Assembly: GCA_043747615.1 (NCBI GenBank)
Contig: JAYTOU010000037.1
Span: 32,001 to 96,000, forward strand
Origin: Myxococcales bacterium
Lineage (GTDB): Bacteria; Myxococcota_A; Polyangia; Polyangiales; Polyangiaceae
Direction: 5' to 3'
Length of the DNA stretch: 64,000 nucleotides
Positions 37,222 through 46,388 of this stretch are shown one piece after another. Position numbers and translations under genes: made by a program. The notes under the pieces are model-generated. The model saw nothing but the letters and a program-made list of their open reading frames with translations. It made no database searches and was not told the origin of the DNA. Positions within the stretch are counted from its first letter, which is position 1. Every line of letters begins with the position of its first letter.

Positions 37222-39388
37222 CTGCTGCTCGCCCGTCCGCCGATGCTGGCGGAAGCACCCCTTTGGCGCGAAGGAGGTCGGCAAGGATCTCCTTCGGAGC
37301 CCGCGCAGCGCGCATAGGTCGGGCCTCGCCCAAGAACGGCCACACGGCGTCCCTCACCTCCTCGGGGAGCACGTTTTCCAGGTATTCGAGCGCTGTGCCT
37401 CGGAGGCTTTCGTCTTCGTTGTGCAGGGCCTTGAAGGCCAAGCGAAGTGTCTCGCGCTCGAGGTGAAGCGCAAGGATGGTGAAGACGTGCTCGAGGCTCC
37501 GATCGGCCCGGTCGCGGAGGAGCCGATCGACGAGGGCGGGCCTGTCTTCGTCGTCGGTGTCGAACTCCGGCGGGGGTTGCTTCTCCCAGACATCCGAGCT
37601 CATCGCCACTTCTGCCTGCACGGCCTTGAGCACGCTCTCGAGCGAGATCGTTATGTCCGTTGCCTGCTCGGTGATTCGCGCGAGGGCCCGGCCGCACTCG
37701 TAGCGAACTTCGAAGCGCTCGTCCCACAGGCCCATCATCAAACCATCTCCCGCCCGCTGCGTGGAGCAGTGAGACAGGATGCGCGGGATCCTTCTACGGA
37801 TCACGAAGTCTACCTTTGGCGAGAGGAGCGCATCGAGGAGCTGCCCGGTGATCTCGGGAGCGAGAGCGCGGAGAGTCTCGACCGCCGCGAGGTAGTGATC
37901 CTTGTCGGCGAGACGGCGGATGGTGAGCGCAACGTCCAGACCCGTGTGAGGCAATGGTAAAGGTCCGGGCTCGGATTGCGGGGAGAGGGGCACGGCGCCG
38001 TCTGCGCGCGCTTCCAGCCGCTCGATGATCCTGTCGGGATCGATCGTTTCAGCCTTTCCCGCCATCGCCGCGGTGAGCGTTAAACGGATCGCGGGATCGA
38101 TCGCGTCCGTCTCGTCGAGCTTCACTGCGCCTTTTTTCAAGCTCTCCTCGAGTGCTCCGACGTAGCCGGCGTGAAGCGTCTTCGAGCGAACGAGCGTCGC
38201 AAACGCCGCGACGATTCCCACGACCAGTAGAATGAGCGACGCGTTCGACGGCGCAACACGAAGGGTGACGAGCGCAATTCCACCGCCTGCTACCGTGCCG
38301 AGCCGGTCGAAGCCGACGTCGATGATGGTCTTGGTGGCGCGCTTTTTTTCTTCGGGGAGCGGCGTGTAGAGGAGCTCGTAGGCCGAGCGGAAGAGCGAGT
38401 TTCGCTGAACGGCTTCCGCGCCGCGGAGGAGCGCCGTGCTGAGCAGACCCGGAACCGCGAGACCGAAGACACCCCCGAGGACGACCACCCCCGGAAGGAG
38501 CGCCACCGTCACCGCGAGGCCGAGTTTTTCGAGCGCGATCTTTCCGAGGAGAGTCTGCAGCGCGAAGGAGCAGACGCCAACCGCGAGCCAGAAGAGCGCA
38601 AAGAAGGAGAGCAGGGCCGGCCCCTTGCCGATCTGGGCGACGGCTTGCGCGCTGAAGACGTAGTCGAGCAGCGTCGAGGTGAGCGCGCCGAGCGCGACCA
38701 GTAAGGAGAGATTGCGGAGATAGGGGACGTCTCGCAGAACACGAAACGCGGAGGGAACGGGCTCCTGATCGGGCCGAGATGCGTCCGCCTCACGTTCTTT
38801 CGCAACGCCGAGCGACGTCTTCGGCGCAATCAAGAAGAGGGTCGAGATCACGCACACCAGGTTGGCCAGCGCGAGAAAGAGCAGCATCGTCGGCACGGCG
38901 ATGACCGACGCCGCCCGCCACGCCGCCAGGCTTCCGAGGACGCCCCCTACTGTTCCGCCGCCCGCCACCCGGGCTACGGCGCGCTTCGCCGTATGCGGAT
39001 CGAAGCGCTCGTTCATGAGCGACCAAAACGCAGAAATCACGGCCGGCCCAAAAATCGCCGTGTGAAAGTAGACGAGCACGGCGGCGACGCGGGGCGACTC
39101 GAAGTTGAGAATCCACTCGCCGAGGAGGGTAATCGCGCTCAACGCGAAAAGCGCCGGGACCACTTTGGCCGGGGAAAACCGGGTGATCAGTCGCGTGAAC
39201 CACACCACCGCGATGAGCGACAGCACCGCGGACGCGGCCATCATCAAAGGGAGCAAGCTCACCGAAAAATAGGAGAGGAAGAACGCATCGCGCGCAGCTT
39301 TCCCGGCGACTTGCTGAGCGATCATCGCCGCGGAAGCGACCGTCGCCGCCTTTGCGCCGGGAGGGTCGCGTTGTTTCGCCGTCTCCAA
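37205..39388 (-). CDS. NTT/TLC-family carrier fused to HEAT-like repeats (paralog of 1043-3328)
   Basis: AMIAQQVAGKAARDAFFL, FWSLMNERFDPH, SAYELLYTPL, DVGFDRLG, DERFEVRYECGRAL, RGTALEYL. Confidence 0.82.
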   Translation of the reverse strand: METAKQRDPPGAKAATVASAAMIAQQVAGKAARDAFFLSYFSVSLLPLMMAASAVLSLIAVVWFTRLITRFSPAKVVPALFALSAITLLGEWILNFESPRVAAVLVYFHTAIFGPAVISAFWSLMNERFDPHTAKRAVARVAGGGTVGGVLGSLAAWRAASVIAVPTMLLFLALANLVCVISTLFLIAPKTSLGVAKEREADASRPDQEPVPSAFRVLRDVPYLRNLSLLVALGALTSTLLDYVFSAQAVAQIGKGPALLSFFALFWLAVGVCSFALQTLLGKIALEKLGLAVTVALLPGVVVLGGVFGLAVPGLLSTALLRGAEAVQRNSLFRSAYELLYTPLPEEKKRATKTIIDVGFDRLGTVAGGGIALVTLRVAPSNASLILLVVGIVAAFATLVRSKTLHAGYVGALEESLKKGAVKLDETDAIDPAIRLTLTAAMAGKAETIDPDRIIERLEARADGAVPLSPQSEPGPLPLPHTGLDVALTIRRLADKDHYLAAVETLRALAPEITGQLLDALLSPKVDFVIRRRIPRILSHCSTQRAGDGLMMGLWDERFEVRYECGRALARITEQATDITISLESVLKAVQAEVAMSSDVWEKQPPPEFDTDDEDRPALVDRLLRDRADRSLEHVFTILALHLERETLRLAFKALHNEDESLRGTALEYLENVLPEEVRDAVWPFLGEARPMRAARAPKEILADLLRAKGVLPPASADGRAAAKGSP

Positions 39389-39394
39389 GGTTTC

Positions 39395-40609
39395 CTACTC
39401 GGTGGCTTTGCAGACCGCGAGATAGACGGCCTCGTGAATGCCGGCGATGACGATGGCTCTGTCGAGGAGCTCGCTTCGGTCGGAGGCCGACCATTTCTTC
39501 TTGGGGCGGCGCGTAGCTCCGCGAAGGTGGGCGGTTCCGAGAAGTGCGCCCAGGTACGCGGCGAGATCGTCTAGATCGGCGTCGCGCAGATTTCGAAGAT
39601 TGAGTTTGTCTTCTTGTGGAGCAAGCCAGCGCACGAACATCGAGCGCTTCGCCAGCCGCGTCGCCCCGAGCATCTTTATGGTGTGCTCGACGCAGGAGCG
39701 AAAGCCATCGATCACGCGCTGGGCGGGAACGAGCTTCTGCCGGCCGAGGAGGAGCGACGCGGACGGCTGCCCTTGCTCCTTCATGTCGAAGACCCATCCC
39801 CCATCGATTCCCCCATGGCCGCGAACCAGGATGGCGACGCGGAGCGATCCCAGGCTCCCGGTGCCCGCGATGCGCATGGCGGCGTCGACTATTTCCATCT
39901 GCTTTCGCTTTGGCCGCTCGCCCTTCGGAAGCCCCTTCACGAACTTCGCGAACGCCGCGGGAACCTCGCGAGCGATCTCTCGAGGTAGATTCTCGTAGCG
40001 CGGACCTCGCACGAAGCGCCGCTTTCCACGCACGATCTCGGTTCGGGCGTTCAAGAGCTCGGCGCCACTGCGCGTGGCCACGGCGGTGACGAGAGCCTTC
40101 ACGGCATGCGGGAGCGGCGGCAGCGGACCGACCGCAAATGCACTCGCGCTGTATGCAGACAGAAGGGTGTTGCACAGGTGAATGGTGCGCGTCCCGTCTG
40201 CGCCGAGCTCTCGCCCGCCAAGAATGAGGCTCACCGTGAGGCGCAAAACGTCGAAGCGCCAGGGGCCGATCACCGCGTCGTCGAAGTCGTTCAGATTGAA
40301 CTCTGCCTTCGCCGCCTTTTTCTTGAGGGCCGCGCTCATCCCCAGGTGATCGGGACGGTACGCGCCGAAGTTTTCGAGGTGTGCATCGCCCACCAGCCAC
40401 CCCTCACCGGGCGGCCCTTTGGCGAGCTCCGGCGACTCGGCGAGAATTTCGTAGAAGAGCGGCGCGGCACCGCGCAAGAACGCCAGAGGAGAGGCGCTCA
40501 TGCGAAGCATCTTGCGCTCGAAGATCCCCGGATGGTGACCGGTGCGTGCGCGATCGAGCTTGAGTTGACGGGCGGCGAGACGAAGAGGGTCGAGCTTGCG
40601 CGTGATCAT
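39395..40609 (-). CDS. DUF2252 family protein (APH/kinase-like fold)
   Basis: RMSASPLAFLRG, GDAHLENFG, LNDFDDA, GTGSLG..R, MKE. Confidence 0.88.
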   Translation of the reverse strand: MITRKLDPLRLAARQLKLDRARTGHHPGIFERKMLRMSASPLAFLRGAAPLFYEILAESPELAKGPPGEGWLVGDAHLENFGAYRPDHLGMSAALKKKAAKAEFNLNDFDDAVIGPWRFDVLRLTVSLILGGRELGADGTRTIHLCNTLLSAYSASAFAVGPLPPLPHAVKALVTAVATRSGAELLNARTEIVRGKRRFVRGPRYENLPREIAREVPAAFAKFVKGLPKGERPKRKQMEIVDAAMRIAGTGSLGSLRVAILVRGHGGIDGGWVFDMKEQGQPSASLLLGRQKLVPAQRVIDGFRSCVEHTIKMLGATRLAKRSMFVRWLAPQEDKLNLRNLRDADLDDLAAYLGALLGTAHLRGATRRPKKKWSASDRSELLDRAIVIAGIHEAVYLAVCKATE

Positions 40610-41553
40610 TGTCCCGGCTCTACGATGACTCGGTCCGGAGCTTGACCCGTCGCCGCACGATAGCGAATCCCGAGCTGACCGAAGTCGCCTCCCGCGATGC
40701 CGATGGTGTCAGGACCAATGATCGGGGGGACAAGCCAGCCGAGGACTTCGACGTGATCGCTGAGCGCCGCGCTCCCGATGATACCCGCGCGAACCGTGGG
40801 GTCTCGCCCCGGAGAGCCGAGCATTTCGGCGACGACACCGACGCTGACCTTCCCTTCGACGCCGAGGCGAAAAGCGTATCCCACGCGGCCGCGCCACACC
40901 ATTGGCGGCTTCACAATGATCCGCAGGATCTCTTCGTAGACGTTGAGGCCCGCAGTTACCCCCGTGATGTACGTGAGGTTGCCTGTAGCGATGAGGGCAC
41001 CGAAGCCGACGGGTAGCGTGCCGTTCAATTCGGCCTCGCCCGCGATGTATTTCGATCGAGTGAACGCCTGCGACTCGAGGGCGAGTCGATCGTACTTCGG
41101 CTGGTCAGCGATAAAATAATGTTGGAACGCGAAGACGTAACGACCGCCGAGCCGAAGGTTCACGTACGGCAGCGTCGCGCGGAGCCCCGCGAATCCCGAG
41201 AGTTGCGAGGCCGACACTTCTGGACCCGCTTCGAAGGCAATCGCTCTCCAGAACGGGCGTCCATAACCGAGGAGCAGTCTTGGTCGAAGGTAGAGGTAGC
41301 CGACGTCGATGCTCGTCGCGACGAACCTTCGCACGGGGCCTTGCGACCAATAGCTGCCCGTCTGATCGGGGTTCTCGAACGTTTTTTGGGCGTTGGGAAG
41401 GGGTGCCGCGTCGGGTGCGGCGGGCGCCTGTTGGATCGGCGACGCCGGAGGCGCTTGTTCTGCGCGCGTCTGCGACGACGAAAGGGCGATCAAAATCGCC
41501 GCTGCTGCGCCCGTGACGCGCTTCGAAGCGCTCAGTGTGTTTCGCGCGCGCAT
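40606..41553 (-). CDS. Exported hypothetical protein, probable beta-barrel
   Basis: Signal peptide (TRA|EQ), Pro-rich linker, amphipathic beta strands rich in Gly and aromatics. Confidence 0.65.
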   Translation of the reverse strand: MRARNTLSASKRVTGAAAAILIALSSSQTRAEQAPPASPIQQAPAAPDAAPLPNAQKTFENPDQTGSYWSQGPVRRFVATSIDVGYLYLRPRLLLGYGRPFWRAIAFEAGPEVSASQLSGFAGLRATLPYVNLRLGGRYVFAFQHYFIADQPKYDRLALESQAFTRSKYIAGEAELNGTLPVGFGALIATGNLTYITGVTAGLNVYEEILRIIVKPPMVWRGRVGYAFRLGVEGKVSVGVVAEMLGSPGRDPTVRAGIIGSAALSDHVEVLGWLVPPIIGPDTIGIAGGDFGQLGIRYRAATGQAPDRVIVEPGQ

Positions 41554-42611
41554 TAGAACGTCCCCACGGCGGAGGCGCCCGTGACCGTCGGAACGAGCTG
41601 GATGTGGAAGGCGCGTTCGGCCTCAGCTGCGGGCGCTGGCCCGCGTTTCCGGTAGTGGAGGAGATACGGAAGCCCGAGGCCGACCCCGGTTCCGATGAGG
41701 GCGCCAGTGATGACGTCGGACGCGTAGTGCTGATCCGACGCGATGCGGAGGAGTCCCGTGGTTGCCGCTGCGGCATACGAAGTGATGCACGCGAGCTCGT
41801 CTGTCGGTCCCTCGAACAAGTCCAGATTGAGGTGATGCATGCACACCAGCGACGCACTCGCGAACGAGAGCGACGTGTGCCCGCTGAAGAAGCTCCGATT
41901 CTGTCCGAACGTCTGACAATCAAGGGAATTCGAGGGCAAATCGGTGCCGCACGTCTGTACATACGGGCGCGCGCGTCCGGTGAGCGCGGTGCTCAGCCCT
42001 TGGACGGCAGCCGTCACGGCGAGCGTTTCGAGATCTATGACCGCCATCTCTTTCGCGATCGCTTTGTTACCGCGGTACCACCAGGCCACCACCATCGCGT
42101 CGACGAGAAATGGACCCGTTACCGACAAAGAAAGAAGGACGTCGCTCAGCTCGCGCGCGGCCATTCGCTGGTTGAAGCTGTCGAAGCGCAGCTTGCGCGC
42201 GCTCTCGTCGAAAAGAATGCTTCCGTGAATGGTGGGCGGAAGCGGCTTCACGATCGCCGTGAAGAGCGTGCTCGAGGCGGCCACCGCGGTGAGCGTGTAG
42301 TCCCAATTGTCGGAGCGCCGCCACTGGGGATTCCAGTGCAGCGTCTCTCCGCCGCGTGTTCGCGGCAGCGGGAAGGGAACGGTCGGTCCGGGGATCGGAA
42401 TCGTTCGCGAAGGCGCGATGGGCTCGGGCGACGCGGGCTTCGGAGCAGGCGGCGGAGGAGCGACGACGAAAAGCGGAGCCGGGCTCGGCGTCAACGTGGG
42501 GGCGGTTGGCGGTACCGGATCTCCGCTCGCAGGCTGCTGAGCGTATGCCGAGCGCGGTGGGGCAAGCGTCGCAAGCAAGATGCCGAGCGACGCGACGAGA
42601 TGGCCTCTCAT
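41553..42611 (-). CDS. PAP2-family phosphatase with signal peptide
   Basis: GRARPY (C1), SFFSGH (C2), RIASDQHYASDV (C3); ATGA overlap. Confidence 0.9.
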   Translation of the reverse strand: MRGHLVASLGILLATLAPPRSAYAQQPASGDPVPPTAPTLTPSPAPLFVVAPPPPAPKPASPEPIAPSRTIPIPGPTVPFPLPRTRGGETLHWNPQWRRSDNWDYTLTAVAASSTLFTAIVKPLPPTIHGSILFDESARKLRFDSFNQRMAARELSDVLLSLSVTGPFLVDAMVVAWWYRGNKAIAKEMAVIDLETLAVTAAVQGLSTALTGRARPYVQTCGTDLPSNSLDCQTFGQNRSFFSGHTSLSFASASLVCMHHLNLDLFEGPTDELACITSYAAAATTGLLRIASDQHYASDVITGALIGTGVGLGLPYLLHYRKRGPAPAAEAERAFHIQLVPTVTGASAVGTF

Positions 42612-44344
42612 CCGGTATCGAATTCCAAGCCGATCGTGAATCGGTACTGGGGATAAAGCAGCGGCACGCCTTTCAGCTGCGGCACGGGGACGGCGATCGT
42701 GAGCGGGTTGATGATGAGATAGAAGCTCCGTGAGGCTTTCCATTCGATTCCGAGCGGGCTGATCCCGAAGAAGATGCCGATGCTGCCCGACGGCGCGCCG
42801 TAGAGACTCGTCGTTAGGTAGGAGGTGCCGAAGTTCACAGTGCTTCGGAGGTTGAAGTTCTCGTAGGCTAGAGGAAAGCGCAGAATCGCGGTGCCATATA
42901 CGTTCACCACCGATGCGCCCGAGCTGTTCGAGCCGTTGACAGCGATCCACCGGTTGAGTTCACCGTCGATGCCGAACGCCCAGTGCGGGGTCGGGCGAAT
43001 CCGAAAGCCGATGCTCCCCGCAGCGGCCGGCTTGTCGAACGACCCGGAGATGGCGCCGTAAAATCCGAAGCTCGTCTTCGCGGGATCGTGGGAGCCGGGC
43101 TCCGCGACGGGCCTGGTGGGCTCGGCCTCGATCGCCGCTTTCTCGCCGCTGGTGAGACGGTTACCGCTGTCGTCGACTTGCGGCTTCGTCCCTGCAGGCG
43201 CGGTCTTCGTCGGCGCCGAAGGCGGCTCGGGAGCTTGCGCCCCCGCGACCCCAGAGGTGAGAAGAACGGTGGCAACGACGGAGCCAAGGGCTGCGGTGCG
43301 CGCACGCCGCGCTCGTCGTGTGAACGCGAGAGCTCCTAGGGCGAGCGCCGACAGCCCCAGCCACGTGCCCCCTGCAGTCTTCGAGGGGATCTGACACCCG
43401 CACGCGCCCGTCGATTTGTAGGCGGCCTCCGGCGCATCGCACCAGTTATTGCCGTTGGTACAGCCGGCCTGGTAGCCCAGATATTTGTCGAGGGTGACGT
43501 CGACCTCGGCGAGCTTCGCTGCCGGCGGCTTCGAGGGATCGAGCGCCGAGCGGAGAAGCGCGGTCGCAGCCGCGGTGGCGAGCTCACGCCTGACGCGACG
43601 CCGGTCGTCCGGATCATCGCAGCGATCAAGCTCGGCCAGATGCGGCGGGCCGTCACGTGATTCGACCAGTTTACCATTTACGGATTCGACCCAGTTCAAG
43701 ACCACGGTGACCTTCATTCCGTCCGGAGTGCGATATGTGTGCGTGAAGCTGTCCTCCACGGCGTGAATTGCTTGGCCCATGAGAACGTAGAACGTGGGCA
43801 ACGAGGCATCGACCGATCCGCGTAGCGACAGATGTAGCGGAAGAATGGTGCGCTTGGTGTCATCGACGTCTCCCGCCGGGTCGAGCGCGTCGAGAGCGTC
43901 GGCGATCTTCTGGTGGACGAACGCACGGCAATCACGCATTGCCGCTTCCGATCCGCCGGGCTCGATCTGCTCGAGGCTGCGCAGGCAGTGCTCGGCCTGA
44001 CCGTCGGGGTTACCGTGAACCGCGGCAAGCTGACTGAGATCGCCCGAGCCGCGCCCTTTGAGATCGTTGTCACGTATCCCGATGAGCAGCGTCGCGCCGC
44101 CGAGATCGTCCATGTCGCTGTCGGGCTTGAACTGAAGATCGCCGATCAGCGCCTTCTCGTCGTCGTTGGCGGCGAGCGGGTGAGCGGTCGGCAGCTCTTT
44201 TCGGACGGCGCGGAGCGCGTCGCTGGTGATGCGCTCGTGGCATCCGGACGAAAAGGCATTCGCAATCGTGTAAGCGTGGGCGCTCTCGGTAGTCGCCAAG
44301 CCCGCGAGGGACAGGATCGCCCCAAGCTTCCAATGAGTACGCAT
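42608..44344 (-). CDS. Exported multidomain protein: Zn-phospholipase C/P1-like domain, internal MYXO-CTERM-like segment, C-terminal beta-barrel-like domain
   Basis: Signal (AHA|YT), HERIT, DND, H, GQAIHAVEDSFTH; GACGC-linker-TM-RRARR; beta-rich C-terminus ending IGLEF. Confidence 0.6.
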   Translation of the reverse strand: MRTHWKLGAILSLAGLATTESAHAYTIANAFSSGCHERITSDALRAVRKELPTAHPLAANDDEKALIGDLQFKPDSDMDDLGGATLLIGIRDNDLKGRGSGDLSQLAAVHGNPDGQAEHCLRSLEQIEPGGSEAAMRDCRAFVHQKIADALDALDPAGDVDDTKRTILPLHLSLRGSVDASLPTFYVLMGQAIHAVEDSFTHTYRTPDGMKVTVVLNWVESVNGKLVESRDGPPHLAELDRCDDPDDRRRVRRELATAAATALLRSALDPSKPPAAKLAEVDVTLDKYLGYQAGCTNGNNWCDAPEAAYKSTGACGCQIPSKTAGGTWLGLSALALGALAFTRRARRARTAALGSVVATVLLTSGVAGAQAPEPPSAPTKTAPAGTKPQVDDSGNRLTSGEKAAIEAEPTRPVAEPGSHDPAKTSFGFYGAISGSFDKPAAAGSIGFRIRPTPHWAFGIDGELNRWIAVNGSNSSGASVVNVYGTAILRFPLAYENFNLRSTVNFGTSYLTTSLYGAPSGSIGIFFGISPLGIEWKASRSFYLIINPLTIAVPVPQLKGVPLLYPQYRFTIGLEFDTG

Positions 44345-44553
44345 TTGTATCCCCGCTCTCACGGATCGAAGCGGCCCGCGTGCTTTACGCAGCCCAGCAA
44401 GGTGCGTGCCCTCCGTCAATCGCGCAAACAAGGGCGTTTTGGCGCCGCGCGAGGGCTGCCCGATCTGACAGCTCTGCCACGTGTGGCAAAGCGCCACTGC
44501 CGGAGGAGGACCGAACAACGGGCGTTAGCTGAGCGGCATCGACTCCACTCATC

Positions 44554-45438
44554 ATGACTACGCGCCTTGCCGTCAGTGCCCTGACCGACGTCGGATTGGT
44601 TCGGGAGATGAACGAAGATGCCTTTCTCGTCGCCGACCTGCCGGGCGAAGCTTTCGCGCCGAGTGCGGAGGTCACGCGCTTCGAGGTCACCGATCATGGC
44701 GCGCTCATCGCGCTCTCCGACGGCATGGGAGGTCACAAGGATGGCGCTGAAGCAAGCCGCCTCACCCTCGCCGCGCTCTTGAGCGCACTAGCGTCGTCCG
44801 CACCTTCGGCAGAAGCGAGTGAGCGGCTGAAGGAGGCGGTGGAGGCTGCGAACCTCGCCGTCTTCAACGCGGGTGAAGGCGTCGGCTCGCACCGAATGGG
44901 AGCTACGCTGACCGCCGTTCTCGTTCAGGGACGCGAGGCCTTTCTCGCAGAGATCGGTGACTCGCGTGCGTACCTCCTGCGAGGCGGCGTGATCAAGCAG
45001 GTCACGCACGATCAAAGCATGCGGCAGGCGCTTCTCGACTCCGGCGCGGTCTCGCCCAAGGAGGCGGCCGAAAGTCCTTTTCGAAACATCGTCCTGCAGG
45101 CAATCGGGCAGAAGCCCGCAGTGACCGTAGCCCTAGGGAAGCTGGAGCTGCGCGCTCGTGACTGCATCATCCTCTGCTCGGACGGCCTCTCGAACGAGCT
45201 CACGAAGGAGGAGATCGGCAAGGTCATCCTCGGCGCGCAGAGCCTCAGCGAAGCCTCCGCCGAGCTGGTCGAGCTCGCGAAGCGCCGCGGTGGACACGAC
45301 AACATCACCGTCGTCATCGCGGGCGTCGGTGGCGACGTTTCACCGATGGTGCCCGGTGAGCGAATCTCCTCGACGTTCGACATCCTCAGCACGTTCGATG
45401 GGAAGCCGCCGAGCCGCCGACCACCCAGCCAAGCTTAG
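44554..45438 (+). CDS. PP2C/PPM-family Ser/Thr phosphatase
   Basis: TDVGLVREMNED, SDGMGGH, MGATL, IGDSRAY, CSDGL, GGHDNIT. Confidence 0.95.
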   Translation: MTTRLAVSALTDVGLVREMNEDAFLVADLPGEAFAPSAEVTRFEVTDHGALIALSDGMGGHKDGAEASRLTLAALLSALASSAPSAEASERLKEAVEAANLAVFNAGEGVGSHRMGATLTAVLVQGREAFLAEIGDSRAYLLRGGVIKQVTHDQSMRQALLDSGAVSPKEAAESPFRNIVLQAIGQKPAVTVALGKLELRARDCIILCSDGLSNELTKEEIGKVILGAQSLSEASAELVELAKRRGGHDNITVVIAGVGGDVSPMVPGERISSTFDILSTFDGKPPSRRPPSQA

Positions 45439-45446
45439 GCACGCCG

Positions 45447-46388
45447 TCAGAAGATTCCGGTGAGCCCAATGCCCCCGCCGCCCTGATAGACGAGCGGCAT
45501 CGGAGCGATGTTTCCGTAGGTGGTCTTCAAGAGCGGCTTCGAGCGCGTCTTGCCAAATCCGTAGTGGAGGAGGGACGGCAGCACGTAGCCCGAGAAGAGC
45601 CCGACGGCCGTTCCGGTGAGGACGTCCGACGCGTAGTGACGATCGGCGACCAGGCGAAGTAGGCCCGTAGTCGTTGCGACGCCGAGCATTCCCACGCAGA
45701 CCAGCGCGTCGGGAGCGCCACCGCCATAGAGCGGAAAATGCTGGTGATGCACGCAGGTGAGCCCGGCGATGGTGAACGTGGCCGCGGCGTGACCGCTGTA
45801 AAAGCTCTGGTTGTCGACCTTGGGAAAGCACACGTTGGCGCCGACGAACTGCTGCCCCGACGGGCGGCTCGGATCGCAGTCCTGCGCGTACGGGCGCTGC
45901 CTCCCGACGGACCGCTCCATGCCGAGGCTGAGGACGCCGGCGAAGCCGAGAGACTGCATGTCGATCAGCGTCATCTCGAGGGCGACGTCCGCGTTCTGGT
46001 GAACGCCGAGGGCCATGATGTAATTGTCGACGACGTACGGAAAAAGGACGGTCCCCTTGTAGAGGGTGTCGCTCACGTCGGCCGCAGTTTGCTCCGCCTT
46101 CGCCGTGGTACCACGGAAGAATTTTCGGGCCGCGTTGTCGAAGAGAATCGGCCCCTTCCAATTCGGTTGCGAGGGCGCATCGATCTTCGACAAGACGATG
46201 GACCCGACCGTGAGCCCCACGACCGCCAGGACTTCGACGGTGCGAAAGCGGGCCCACTCGTCGTTCCATTTCACCTTCGGCTCTTGCCAGTGACGTTCGA
46301 CCGGTGCGTCATCGGCCTTTGCCTCGGGCGACGCGCCGAAGACCACGCTGAGCACGATCAGACTAGAAATAAGGCGTTTCGTGCTCAT
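45447..46388 (-). CDS. PAP2-family phosphatase with signal peptide
   Basis: GRQRPY, SFYSGH, RLVADRHYASDV; paralog of 41553-42611. Confidence 0.9.
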   Translation of the reverse strand: MSTKRLISSLIVLSVVFGASPEAKADDAPVERHWQEPKVKWNDEWARFRTVEVLAVVGLTVGSIVLSKIDAPSQPNWKGPILFDNAARKFFRGTTAKAEQTAADVSDTLYKGTVLFPYVVDNYIMALGVHQNADVALEMTLIDMQSLGFAGVLSLGMERSVGRQRPYAQDCDPSRPSGQQFVGANVCFPKVDNQSFYSGHAAATFTIAGLTCVHHQHFPLYGGGAPDALVCVGMLGVATTTGLLRLVADRHYASDVLTGTAVGLFSGYVLPSLLHYGFGKTRSKPLLKTTYGNIAPMPLVYQGGGGIGLTGIF

